64,000 nt of DNA from Antedon mediterranea (Eukaryota > Animalia > Echinodermata): NCBI RefSeq assembly GCF_964355755.1, contig NC_092676.1:4007888-4071887 (forward strand). The letters run 5' to 3'. The translations under genes were made by a program, and so were the position numbers. Below are positions 37,827 to 52,400 of the stretch, one piece after another. Position 1 is the first letter of the stretch, and every line of letters begins with the position of its first letter. The notes under the pieces were generated by a model that was not told the origin of the DNA, did no database searches, and was given only the letters and a program-made list of their open reading frames with translations.

Positions 37827-40800
37827 CGTATTATCACATACGATTGTTAGGTCACACTTTATAAGATTTGACTGGTTTTAATCGCCGGACATTGCTTCCA
37901 TTTTGTATGCGTATTATCACATACGATTGTTAGGTTACACTTTATAAGATTTGACTGGTTTTAATCGCTGGACATCACTTCCATTTTGTATGCGTATTAT
38001 CACATACGATTGTTAGGTCACACTTTATAAGATTTGACTGGTTTTGATCGCCGGACATCACTTCCATTTTGTATGCGTATTATCACATACGATTGTTACG
38101 TCACACGTTATAAGATTTGACTGGTTTTAATCGCCGGACATCGCTTCCATTTTGTATGCGTATTATCACATACGATTATTACGTCACACTTTATAAGATT
38201 TGACTGGTTTTAATCGCCGGACATAACTTCCATTTTGTATGCGTATTGTTTTGATCGCCGGACATCACTTCCATTTTGTATGCGTATTATTACATACGAT
38301 TGTTACGTCGCACTTTATAAGATTTGACTGGTTTTGATCGCCGGACATCACTTCCATTCTGTATGCGTATTATCACATACGATTGTTACGTCGCACTTTA
38401 TAAGATTTGACTGGTTTTGATCGCCGGACATCGCTTCCATTTTGTATGCGTAATATCACATACGATTGTTACGTCACACTTTATAAGATTAGGCTGGTTT
38501 TAATCGCCGGACATCGCTTCCATTTTGTATGCGTATTACCACATACAATTGTTACGTCACACTTTATAAGATTAGGCTGGTTTTAATCGCCAGACGTCAC
38601 TTCCATTTTGTATGCGTATTATCACATACGATTGTTACGTCACACTTTATAAGATTAGGCGGATTTTAATCGCCGGACATCGCTTCCATTTTGTATGCGT
38701 ATTACCACATACAATTGTTACGTCACACTTTATAAGATTAGGCTGGTTTTAATCGCCAGACGTCACTTCCATTTTGTATGCGTATTATCACATACGATTG
38801 TTACGTCACACTTTATAAGATTAGGCTGATTTTAATCGCCAGACGTCACTTCCATTTTGTATGCGTATTATCACATACGATTGTTACGTCACACTTTCTA
38901 AGATTAGGCTGGTTTTAATCGACGGACATCGCTTATATATATAAACTTTATTTAGACACGAGACTGATGTGCAGTACAACTCGTTCAATCAATATTGATT
39001 GTTTTTACACAAGTTCGTGAAACTGTATTACAAAACAAAAAAAAATCAACACCATATAAATACAACAGAAACGAAAAAAATTGAAATTGAAAAGAAACAA
39101 AATTACAGCAGAATCCCCTTCATCTGACAACTCTATTTAGGGTACACCATACCGGTACTTCCCGTGTAAACGGAAACCCTTATCGAAGTGTAGAATTCAT
39201 GGGGATTCAACTGTAATACATAATAAATCTTTTGGATTTCATTTACCTTAAAATAATAGTGATAAAACACACATTTTACATAGTATTTAGCCATTTTAAA
39301 AGTTGGATGTAGATCGTAGATTACCATACCATTATGTTTTAAAATGCATTTTTCAGATACGTTTTAAACAACTTCCATTTTGTATGCGTATTATCACATA
39401 CGATTGTTACGTCGCACTTTATAAGATTTGGCTGGTTTTGATCGCCGGACATCACTTCCATTTTGTATGCGTATTATCACATACGATTGTTACGTCACAC
39501 TTTATAAGATTTGACTGGTTTTAATCGCCAGACATCGCTTCCATTTTGTATGCGTATTATCACATACGATTGTTACGTCACACTTTATAAGATTTGAATG
39601 GTTTTGATCGCCGGACATCACTTCCATTTTGTATGCGTATTATCACATACGATTGCTACGTCGCACTTTATAAGATTTGAATGGTTTTGATCGCCGTACA
39701 TAACTTCAATTTTGTATGCGTATTATCACATACGATTGCTACGTCGCACTTTATAAGATTTGACTGGTTTTAATCGCCGGACATCGCTTCCATTTTCGTT
39801 GCATAGTATACATACGATTGTTACGTCACACTTTATAAGATTTGACTGGTTTTGATAGGCGGACATCGCCTCCATTTTCGTTGCATAGTATCACATACGA
39901 TTGTTACGTAGCACTTTATCAGATTAGGTAGGTTTTAATCGCCAGTCATCGCTTCCATTTTCGTAGCATAGTATACATACGATTGTTACGTAGCACTTTA
40001 TAAGATTTGACTGGTTTTAATCGCCGGAAATCACTTCCATTTTGTATGCGTATTATCACATACGATTGTTATGTCGCACTTTATAAGATTTGACTGGTTA
40101 TAATCGCCGGACATCACTTCCATTTTGTATGCGTATTATCACATACGATTGTTACGTCACACTTTATAAGATTCGGCAGGTTTTGATCGGCGAACATCAC
40201 TTCCATTTTCGTTGCATAGTATCACATACGATTTTTACGTAGCACTTTATAAGATTCGGCAGGTTTTGATTGCCGGACATCACTTCCATTTTCGTTGAAT
40301 AGTATCACATACGATTGTTACGTCACACTTTATAAGATTTGGCTGGGTTTGATCGTCGGACATCGCTTCCATTTTGTATGCGTATTATCACATACGACTG
40401 TTACGTCACGCTTTATAAGATTATCAAGGTTTTGATCGGCGGACATCGCTTCCATTTTCGTTGCATAGTATCACATACGATTGTTACGTCGCACTTTATA
40501 AGATTTGACTGGTTTTGATTGCCGGACATCGCTTCCGTTTTCGTTGCATAGTATCACATACGATTGTTACATATAGCACTTTATAAGATTTGACTGGTTT
40601 TGATTGCCGGACATCGCTTCCATTTTCGTTGCATAGTATCACATACGATTGTTACGTAGCACTTTATCAGATTTGACTGGTTTTAATCGCCGGACATCGC
40701 TTCCATTTTCGTTGCATAGTATCACATACGATTGTTACGTCACACTTTATAAGATTTGACTGGTTTTAATCGCCGGACATCACTTCCATTTTGTATGCGT

Positions 40801-43800
40801 ATTATCACATACGATTGTTACGTAGCACTTTATAAGATTTGACTGGTTTTAATCGCCGGACATCACTTCCATTTTGTATGCGTATTATCACATACGATTG
40901 TTATGTCGCATTTTATAAGATTTGACTGGTTTTAATCGCCGGACATCACTTCCATTTTGTATGCGTATTATCACATACGATTGTTATGTCGCACTTTATA
41001 AGATTTGACTGGTTTTAATCGCCGGACATCACTTCCATTTTGTATGCGTATTATCACATACGATTGTTACGTCACACTTTATAAGATTTGACTGGTTTTA
41101 ATCGCCGGACATCACTTCCATTTTGTATGCGTATTATCACATACGATTGTTATGTCGCACTTTATAAGATTTGGCAGGTTTTGATAGGCGGACATCGCCT
41201 CCATTTTCGTTACATAGTATCACATACGATTGTTACGTATAGCACTTTATAAGATTAGGTAGGTTTTGATCGCCAGTCATCGCTTCCATTTCCGTTGCAT
41301 AGTATCACATACGATTGTTACGTAGCACTTTATAAGATTTGACTGATTTTAATCGCCGGACATCGCTTCCATTTTGTATGCGTATTACCACATACAATTG
41401 TTACGTCACACTTTATAAGATTAGGCTGGTTTTAATCGCCAGACGTCACTTCCATTTTGTATGCGTATTATCACATACGATTGTTACGTCACACTTTATA
41501 AGATTAGGCTGATTTTAATCGCCAGACGTCACTTCCATTTTGTATGCGTATTATCACATACGATTGTTACGTCACACTTTCTAAGATTAGGCTGGTTTTA
41601 ATCGACGGACATCGCTTATATATATAAACTTTATTTAGACACGAGACTGATGTGCAGTACAACTCGTTCAATCAATATTGATTGTTTTTACACAAGTTCG
41701 TGAAACTGTATTACAAAACAAAAAAAAATCAACACCATATAAATACAACAGAAACGAAAAAAATTGAAATTGAAAAGAAACAAAATTACAGCAGAATCCC
41801 CTTCATCTGACAACTCTATTTAGGGTACACCATACCGGTACTTCCCGTGTAAACGGAAACCCTTATCGAAGTGTAGAATTCATGGGGATTCAACTGTAAT
41901 ACATAATAAATCTTTTGGATTTCATTTACCTTAAAATAATAGTGATAAAACACACATTTTACATAGTATTTAGCCATTTTAAAAGTTGGATGTAGATCGT
42001 AGATTACCATACCATTATGTTTTAAAATGCATTTTTCAGATACGTTTTAAACAACTTCCATTTTGTATGCGTATTATCACATACGATTGTTACGTCGCAC
42101 TTTATAAGATTTGGCTGGTTTTGATCGCCGGACATCACTTCCATTTTGTATGCGTATTATCACATACGATTGTTACGTCACACTTTATAAGATTTGACTG
42201 GTTTTAATCGCCAGACATCGCTTCCATTTTGTATGCGTATTATCACATACGATTGTTACGTCACACTTTATAAGATTTGAATGGTTTTGATCGCCGGACA
42301 TCACTTCCATTTTGTATGCGTATTATCACATACGATTGCTACGTCGCACTTTATAAGATTTGAATGGTTTTGATCGCCGTACATAACTTCAATTTTGTAT
42401 GCGTATTATCACATACGATTGCTACGTCGCACTTTATAAGATTTGACTGGTTTTAATCGCCGGACATCGCTTCCATTTTCGTTGCATAGTATACATACGA
42501 TTGTTACGTCACACTTTATAAGATTTGACTGGTTTTGATAGGCGGACATCGCCTCCATTTTCGTTGCATAGTATCACATACGATTGTTACGTAGCACTTT
42601 ATCAGATTAGGTAGGTTTTAATCGCCAGTCATCGCTTCCATTTTCGTAGCATAGTATACATACGATTGTTACGTAGCACTTTATAAGATTTGACTGGTTT
42701 TAATCGCCGGACATCACTTCCATTTTGTATGCGTATTATCACATACGATTGTTATGTCGCACTTTATAAGATTTGACTGGTTATAATCGCCGGACATCAC
42801 TTCCATTTTGTATGCGTATTATCACATACGATTGTTACGTCACACTTTATAAGATTCGGCAGGTTTTGATCGGCGAACATCACTTCCATTTTCGTTGCAT
42901 AGTATCACATACGATTTTTACGTAGCACTTTATAAGATTCGGCAGGTTTTGATTGCCGGACATCACTTCCATTTTCGTTGCATAGTATCACATACGATTG
43001 TTACGTCACACTTTATAAGATTTGGCTGGGTTTGATCGTCGGACATCGCTTCCATTTTGTATGCGTATTATCACATACGACTGTTACGTCACGCTTTATA
43101 AGATTATCAAGGTTTTGATCGGCGGACATCGCTTCCATTTTCGTTGCATAGTATCACATACGATTGTTACGTCGCACTTTATAAGATTTGACTGGTTTTG
43201 ATTGCCGGACATCGCTTCCGTTTTCGTTGCATAGTATCACATACGATTGTTACATATAGCACTTTATAAGATTTGACTGGTTTTGATTGCCGGACATCGC
43301 TTCCATTTTCGTTGCATAGTATCACATACGATTGTTACGTAGCACTTTATCAGATTTGACTGGTTTTAATCGCCGGACATCGCTTCCATTTTCGTTGCAT
43401 AGTATCACATACGATTGTTACGTCACACTTTATAAGATTTGACTGGTTTTAATCGCCGGACATCACTTCCATTTTGTATGCGTATTATCACATACGATTG
43501 TTACGTAGCACTTTATAAGATTTGACTGGTTTTAATCGCCGGACATCACTTCCATTTTGTATGCGTATTATCACATACGATTGTTATGTCGCATTTTATA
43601 AGATTTGACTGGTTTTAATCGCCGGACATCACTTCCATTTTGTATGCGTATTATCACATACGATTGTTATGTCGCACTTTATAAGATTTGACTGGTTTTA
43701 ATCGCCGGACATCACTTCCATTTTGTATGCGTATTATCACATACGATTGTTACGTCACACTTTATAAGATTTGACTGGTTTTAATCGCCGGACATCACTT

Positions 43801-45829
43801 CCATTTTGTATGCGTATTATCACATACGATTGTTATGTCGCATTTTATAAGATTTGACTGGTTTTAATCGCCGGACATCACTTCCATTTTGTATGCGTAT
43901 TATCACATACGATTGTTACGTCACACTTTATAAGATTAGGCTGGTTTTAATCGCCGGACATCGCTTCCATTTTGTATGCGTATTACCACATACAATTGTT
44001 ACGTCACACTTTATAAGATTAGGCTGGTTTTAATCGCCAGACGTCACTTCCATTTTGTATGCGTATTATCACATACGATTGTTACGTCACACTTTATAAG
44101 ATTTGGCTGGTTTTGATCGCCGGACATCACTTCCATTTTGTATGCGTATTATCACATACGATTGTTACGTCACACTTTATAAGATTTGACTGGTTTTAAT
44201 CGCCGGACATCGCTTCCATTTTGTATGCGTATTATCACATACGATTGTTACGTCGCACTTTATAAGATTTGACTGGTTTTAATCGCCGGACATCGCTTAC
44301 ATTTTCGTTGCTTATTATTACTAACCCTTGATACGTCACACTTTGTAATGTTAGGCTGGTTTTGATCGCCGGACATCGCTTCCATTTTGTATGCGTATTA
44401 TCACATACGATTGTCTTTATAAGATTTGGCTGGTTCTGATCGCCGGACATCACTTCCATTTCCGTTGCATAGTATCACATACGATTGTTACGTAGCACTT
44501 TATAAGATTAGGTAGGTTTTAATCGCCGGACATCGCTTCCATTTTCGTTGCATAGTATACATACGATTGTTACGTCACACTTTATAAGATTTGGCAGGTT
44601 TTGATAGGCGGACATCGCCTCCATTTTCGTTACATAGTATCACATACGATTGTTACGTATAGCACTTTATAAGATTAGGTAGGTTTTGATCGCCAGTCAT
44701 CGCTTCCATTTCCGTTGCATAGTATCACATACGATTGTTACGTAGCACTTTATAAGATTTGACTGGTTTTAATCGCCGGACATCACTTCCATTTTGTATG
44801 CGTATTATCACATACGATTGTTACGTAGCACTTTATAAGATTTGACTGGTTTTAATCGCCGGACATCACTTCCATTTTGTATGCGTATTATCACATACGA
44901 TTGTTATGTCGCACTTTATAAGATCTGACTGGTTTTAATCGCCGGACATCACTTCCATTTTGTATGCGTATTATCACATACGATTGTTACGTCACATTTT
45001 ATAAGATTCGGTAGGTTTTAATCGGCGAACATCACTTCCATTTTCGTTGCATAGTATCACATACGATTGTTACGTCACACTTTATAAGATTTGGCTGGTT
45101 TTGATCGTCGGACATCGCTTCCATTTTGTATGCGTATTATCACATACGATTGTTAGGTCACACTTTATAAGATTTGACTGGTTTTGATCGCCGGACATCG
45201 CTTCCATTCTGTATTCATATGATCACATACGATTGTTTTTTTTTTTTTTTTTTTTATTCAGTATATTACACAGAGGCGCCTTACAAGATGGAACCATCTT
45301 AGCTTCAAGGCGCCTCAGATTAACAAATACAACATTTTAAAACAACTAACAGAAACATTAATTAAATCTTCCAGAATTAACAAGAAATTGTTGTACATAA
45401 TAAAATAATAAAGCATTTTCACAATTCGAAAGAAGATCGGAACCAAAAATAAAAATTTCACTTAAAAATGTAAAATTAAATGTTAAAGAAAAATCCTTGG
45501 CTAAGATATCCTCAATAATTGAGTTAGCGCTTACAAGTAGAATATCTCTTTGTGTATTATACATACATATATTACATACGATTGTTACGTCACACTTTAT
45601 AAGATTTTACTGGCTTTGATCGCCGGACATCCCTTACATTCTGTATTCATATGATCACATACGATTGTTACGTCACACTTTATAAGATTTTACTGGCTTT
45701 GATCGCCGGACATCCCTTACATTCTGTATGCATATGATCACATACGATTGTTACGTAACACTAAGATTCGGCAGGTTTTGATCTCTGCACATCACTTTCA
45801 TTTTCGTTGCATAGTATCACATACGATTA
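37827..45829. repeat. 83-bp satellite, roughly 80 monomers, with a 2683-bp-period internal duplication and three insertions
   Basis: unit GTATTATCACATACGATTGTTACGTCACACTTTATAAGATTTGACTGGTTTTAATCGCCGGACATCACTTCCATTTTGTATGC; identical ORFs at 39133/41816 and 39303/41986. Confidence 0.97.
45238..45573 (-). mobile_element. 5'-truncated LINE 3' end with poly(A) and target-site duplication
   Basis: poly-T on + strand, ORF end ...IFGSDLLSNCENALLFYYVQQFLVNSGRF, ACATACGATTGTT duplicated at 45225 and 45574. Confidence 0.8.
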
Positions 45830-46126
45830 CTGTTTTATCTAATTGTCGCATTTGATAATTTATAGATGATAAGCAGTAATTACTATAATTAAGTAATAAT
45901 AATTTAATTTTAGGCTTCAGTAAACATTTTCCGCAAACTATATATTTACTTATTTGTAGGGCAGAATATTATTACCCCTCACTTTAAGAATACCGTGAAA
46001 AAGTACTACTACTACTGCACCACTACCACCCCCACCACCACTACTACTAACATTCAGTAGGATTAATAGCAGTATACATTTAAATAAAGAAATGTTTTAA
46101 ACTATATTGTAATTGTTGTTATGCAG

Positions 46127-46432
46127 ACATTAGACTTGTGGATGGCAGCAATATTTATGAGGGACGAGTTGAAGTTTACGATGGCACAGAATGGGGTACA
46201 ATATGTGATGATGACTGGGACATCAACGACGCTCAGGTTGTATGTCGACAATTAAGACTAGGACCAGCTATCCAAGCTCCAATGCGAGCTCATTTTGGCC
46301 AAGGGACTGGTCCGATTATGCTTGATAATGTTCGGTGTTCAGGAAGTGAGACATTTATCACAGGCTGTCTTAATAGAGGAATGAGGGTACACGATTGTGG
46401 ACATTCTGAGGATGCTAGTGTTATTTGTGGAG
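46127..46432 (+). CDS. SRCR domain exon 1 (group A, 6 Cys)
   Basis: [38 protein letters not shown]; atgcag/gtaaaa; 306 nt. Confidence 0.95.
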
Positions 46433-49400
46433 GTAAAAAGGATTAACACAGAAAACAACAATACTCTAAGGCCAAGACACTTTTTTAACTAGGAAATGTC
46501 AATATGTTTATCTCAGTTTAAAAGGAAAATGTGTTTTTTTCATATTTTTGTTCATTGCCACCATTCAGACTTTGTGTCCTTTGTATCATTACTTTGTGAG
46601 TGGCCGAGCGGTTAAGACATTGGAACCGTAATTACGTAGCCATAACATCGGCAGGGGTTCGAGGCACACTCACTCCATGGTTGTGGTGGTAGAACGAGTC
46701 TTCTCGGATAAGGTCTATAAACCGTAGGTCCAGTGTACACATCTAGCTCGTGTGCACTTTAAATAACCTAGTACATCTTTCGAGACGAGTAGGGGGTTAC
46801 CCCGGTGTATTAGTACATCACAGCCACTGATCACCAACTGGGCCCTCTGGGAGACCAGTCTTTGACTGAAGAGGTTACCCAGTATAAATATATATTTCAA
46901 TCAATCAATCAATCAATCCACGTCTCAGTTATATTACTCATTAAATGTTAAAATAAAAACGTTAAGCAATTTCAAGTTGCTACTCATCTTATAAAATAAT
47001 GGGCAGTTTGTCAGAGTTGGAAAACAGAACCAATTTATTTTTTATTTAGTTGCAATCTCAAAATCATAATTTGTTTAAGAAATGTATTATCCATTTAAAC
47101 ATATTCATTCATCATTTAATTTTATATCTGTTTATTTCAGTTCATTCAATTTTTACAAAACAGTAGACATAAATGTAAAAAGGTAACAGAAAATAATAAA
47201 CTAATAATGAAGATAATGTTATTTTAGTGATGAAAGCTTAAAATGTTAAAAATATTTCTAAGGGCAGATATTATCTCATATTAAGATATACCTCATCATT
47301 TAAATATCCTTTTTATTGAACAGGTTTTAAATTTAGGAATAAACTGTTTAATAGCAGTAATTAATAATACTATATTAGGTACCCTTACAATGGACGGGCG
47401 CCATCTTATGATTATTTTAAGGTTCGGGAATCAAAAACATAGTACAGTAATATAATGTAATGTCCTGAGTTACTAGTGTGTCAGATTTACGTCAGCTGTT
47501 CAAATAGACTTAACGAGAGTATAGCTTCACAGTGAGAGATATATCAATATAAAGAAATGATTTTAACTTGTACATTTGTTTCATTTAGTAAACATTAGAC
47601 TTGTGAATGGCAGCAATATTTATGAGGGACGAGTTGAAGTTTACGATGGCACAGAATGGGGTACAATATGTGATAATAGCTGGGACATCAACGACGCTCA
47701 AGTTGTATGTCGACAATTAAGACTAGGACCAGCTATCCAAGCTCCAAGACAAGCTTATTTTGGTCAAGGGATTGGTCCGATTATGTTTGATAATGTTCAG
47801 TGTTCAGGAAATGAGACATCTATCACAGACTGTCCTAAAAGAGGAATGAGGGTACACTATTGTGGACATTCTGAGGATGCTAGTGTTGTTTGTGGTAAGT
47901 AAAATAGTAACTGTAGAAAAAGGATTAATAAATGCAGACAACAACAATACTGTAAGGCCAACACACTTTTTAAACTAGGAAATGTTAATATGTTTATCTC
48001 AGTTTAAAAGGAAAATGTCTTTTTTTTTCATATTTTTGTTCATTGCCACCATTCACACTTTGTATCCATGTCCCAATTATATTACTCATTAAATGTTAAA
48101 ATAAAAACGTTAAGCAATTTCAAGTTGCTTCTCATCTTATAAAATACTAGGCAGTTTGTCACAGTTGGAAAACAGAACCAGTTAATTTTTTATTTAGTTG
48201 CAATCTCAAAATCATAATTTGGTTAAGAAATTTATTATCCATTTACACATTTTCATTCATCATTTCATTTTATATCTGTTTATTTCAGTTCATTCAATTT
48301 TTACAAAACAGTAGACATAAATGTAAAAAGGTACCAGAAAATAATAAATAAACTAATAATGAAGATGGCATTATTTAGAGATGAAAGCTTAAAATACAAA
48401 AAATAGTATTTTTCTATGGGCAGATATTATCTCATATTAAGATATACCTCATCGTTTAATCATCCTCTATTGAACAGGTTTTAAATTTAGTTTTAAACTG
48501 TTTAATAGCAGTAATTAATAATACTATATTAGGTACCCTTACAATGGACGGGCGCCATCTTATGATTATTTTAAGGTTCGGGAATCAAAAAGATATTACA
48601 GTAATATAATGTAATGTCCTGAGATACTTGTGTCAGATTTACATTAGCTATTCAAATAGACTTAACGAGAGTATAGCTTCACAGTGAGAGATATATCAAT
48701 ATAAAGAACTGATTTTAACTTGTACATTTGTTTCATTTAGTAAACATTAGACTTGTGGATGGCAGCAATATCTTTGAGGGACGAGTTGAAGTTTACGATG
48801 GCACAGAATGGGGTACAATATGTGATAATGGCTGGGACATCAACGACGCTCAAGTTGTATGTCGACAATTAAGACTAGGACCAGCTATCCAAGCTCCAAG
48901 ACAAGCTTATTTTGGTCAAGGGACTGGTCCGATTATGCTTGATGATGTTCAGTGTTCAGGAACTGAGACATCCATCACAGACTGTCCTAATAGAGGAATG
49001 AGGGTACACGATTGTGGACATTATGAGGATGCCAGTGTTATTTGTCAAGGTAGGAAAATTTGACACTAAATACAAACTTCAGTACTAACAGACGGTATTA
49101 CAATACACTATTGACTAAGAGGGAGTGTTTTGTTTTATAAATTATATAAAAATAAGTTCTATTTTCAATAGTTTTACCCATTTAGAGAAAAAAGAGATTA
49201 AAGCTACATTTGGCGTCGTTTATTCTCCTTATATAATATTCCATTGTTTAACACGACGAAATGAACAATACCATTAAATTAAACAGTGTAATAATGAAGC
49301 TTAAATATAATATGTTTTTATTTCACCTGTATCGAATTATAAGAATTTATGTTCATGTTTAAATTACTCATTGTTATCACACCACCAGTCAGGGGTGGCG

Positions 49401-52400
49401 CCAGGATCTTCCCGACGCGGGGGCTACATTCCCCGACGAGGGGGCTATGCGAGCGAAGCGAGCATCACTAGGCTGGGGGACAGGGGGCCGCCAAGGGCCC
49501 CCGGTGGGGGTCCAGGGGGCGAAGCCTCCGGAAGCAACGCGTTCTAGCGTCATTTGAGGTCATTTTAATCAGATTTAGGGTAGCCATTTTTTTCCATTTT
49601 TTATAATGCATAAATAAAATACTAAAATACTGCGTGCAAAAAAACGATGCGCGATGACTGTTTCAATCTATATTTTTCAATTTAAAAAATAAAAGTTCAA
49701 AGAAAATTTAGAAAAATAGAGTTTTGGAGGTCCCGGAAATTGAACTTATTATACTTCAAAACATGAAACAAAATATATAAGTCCCTATAAAGGTTGTGAC
49801 TGAGCTAAGAAATGTTGAAAAATAGAGATGTTAGGTCCCGGAAAATGCACTTCCTTGTACTTCGAAATATGACCAGCTTTATTGTTGGGGCTGAGCTAAG
49901 AAACTGTTTAAAACTAGAGCTGCAGGTCTTCAAAAAATTGCATTTTATACTTCGGAAAAATCAGGCCTAGAGGCTTAAAAAAAGCAAGCGTAGACCTTTT
50001 TCAGTCGGGGAAATAAGTTTATTCCTCCCAAGTGTATGCGTGCGTACCATCTGGACTCCCGAGTGGTGAGAAATTCATGACATACAGGACATTGAAAATG
50101 TAATAACTTAGCTATAATAAGATGTTGGCTAAGCGAAAATGGCATGTTTTTTTGTTTAGTAATGGATGAAAAATGTTTTTTAGGTGCCCCACGGTACAGA
50201 AGGTTACTTGTAAAAAATTGGTGAACATACGAACAATTAACATAATTCGTTTTTGCTGTAGTGTAGCGTACGTCGACGCAGTACACGATGTAACCGTCAG
50301 TAAACTTCGCCTGGAAAATAACTACAGTACACATTTTGGTCCCTGGATGGAACATGATATCACGCGTCTCGACCCAACGTTGAACGATTCGTACAAAGGG
50401 ATACCGCCAGACAAGTGCGAACCTAGCTATTGTTTAGTAGTAAGTTAGATCGCTGGCAATAATGAATGCATATAAAGTGCATAATATCACTCTGACGTGC
50501 TCTCACGGTCAATGAAACGTCGCGGTTTTCTAGGCGCTGAAGCTAGCTACGAAGTGAACGCGAACGCTTTTTACTGTATATTATATTCCCCGACAAAAAG
50601 TACCCGTGTTCCCTTCGGTAACCGTCGGTAAACTTCGCCTAGAAAATAACTACATTACACATTTTGGTCCCTGGATGGAACTTGATATCACGCGTCTCGA
50701 CCCAACGTTGAACGATTCGTACTGAGGGATACCGCCAGACAAGTGCGTACCTAGCTAATGTTTAGTAGTAAGTTAGATCGCTGGCAATAAATGAATGCAT
50801 AAAAGTGCATAATAGCCCTCTGACGTACTCTCACGGTCAATGGAACGTCGTGGTTTTCTAGGCGCTGAAGCTATATGAAGTGAACGCGAACGTTTTTTAC
50901 TGTATATTATATTCCCCGACAAAAAGTACCCGTGTTCCCCGACGGGGGGGGGCTAGGCTCCCGACGAGGGGGTTAGAGCCCCCGTAGCCCCCCCGCTGGC
51001 GCCACCACTGCCACCAGTATTCATCATTATCGTAGTGTTCTACTATGTAAGATAGAAATAAAGTACTTGGTAATGCTGTTGTTTTACATGAATTACTGAA
51101 TTGTATTATTTACTGCTTGTGTTTTTTTTTAACAAAATCATTGTAGTCAGATGCCCAACATATTGCACCTGTAATGTCCAGACGTGTTACTTAGCAAGTT
51201 GTTATAATAACACTAGATGTACTCAATGGAATGCAAATATACATACAGAACTTGTTGACTACAATGTATATGATCCAATAACAAGATTGTAAGTAGAACT
51301 AAGTTTATGTCATACTGTGAGCAAAATAAACAATTTATATTTCTTTGATAATATAGGTCCATGCTATTTATACAGCAGAATCATGATAATATTGAACAGA
51401 TGGGGAGTGGGTGGATTTTGTTAATGTGGAACTACTGGTCTTGTGGCGGTCTACAGTATATTTAGGTCGTTTCAATCAGTTTACGGGCTCATCAGTAATC
51501 TGGTCATTTTCCGTATACGACATTTTACGTAAGAATGTGATAGTAGACTAAAAATAACATTTTTTATTTTAACATAGTATATTGTGACATCACTAAAGTA
51601 CATACAATAGAGTACATGCAGTATAACTACTGTATAATGTACAGGAAATGTAGAAATTTCAACATTTGAGGTGACAGAAAAACTAAAATAATTTAAAAAC
51701 AGCTTGGATATTGTGATTTACTTACACTGTGCATTCTTTGGGATTTGACCTATAACCAAATTAAGTACATGTTGGTTAAACAATGATAATGGTTTAATAT
51801 TATATTGATTTCACAATTTGTGATCTTATAAAAATAACTTTAAAAATCAAGTTTTTTGTTCATCCACCATGTAATGAACTTTATTTTTTTTATATATAAT
51901 AATTCAAAATCAATTTTTATTGTAAATATCACAATATAAATATAATTATATTTATATATATCATCATAACAAATGTTACTAAATAATTAAAATTTGTTTA
52001 TGTATTAATTTTGTCTTATGAGAAAAAATGTTTCAAAATATAAATATATATTTTATATTTTGACATTAAAATGTTTATGCAATACAGTGAATGCATTGTA
52101 GGATCAATTGTAATATTGGACTAATATGCTATACATTATGACTATTTACAGTAAAAAGAATTTTAAAATAAACATTTTTTAAATGTATCCACCATGATTG
52201 AACTATTTATTTTGGTAAGATCTAACAATTGAAACTAAATCTGTATTACATATAGATAATACATTTATTATATGGTTGCTAACGAACAATTTGAAATTGG
52301 TGTAGAAATTTTGTTTTAATAAAATAAGTTATCAAAATAAATTTACCACATTTTTATTTTAACATAGTATATTTTGACATCACTAAAGTACATACAATAT

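Noticed and set aside
37827-45829. CRISPR-like appearance of the 83-bp (and other) arrays
   Set aside because: Monomers are contiguous with no unique spacers, no cas genes, eukaryotic context.
45960-46056. Thr-rich open stretch before SRCR exon 1 as a mucin-like exon
   Set aside because: No donor giving the phase 1 needed to join exon 46127; looks like an (ACT/ACC)n microsatellite.
46597-46680. tRNA gene
   Set aside because: A and B boxes present but no convincing cloverleaf and it continues into SINE body and (TCAA)n tail; similar degenerate head at ~2660-2740 also not a tRNA.
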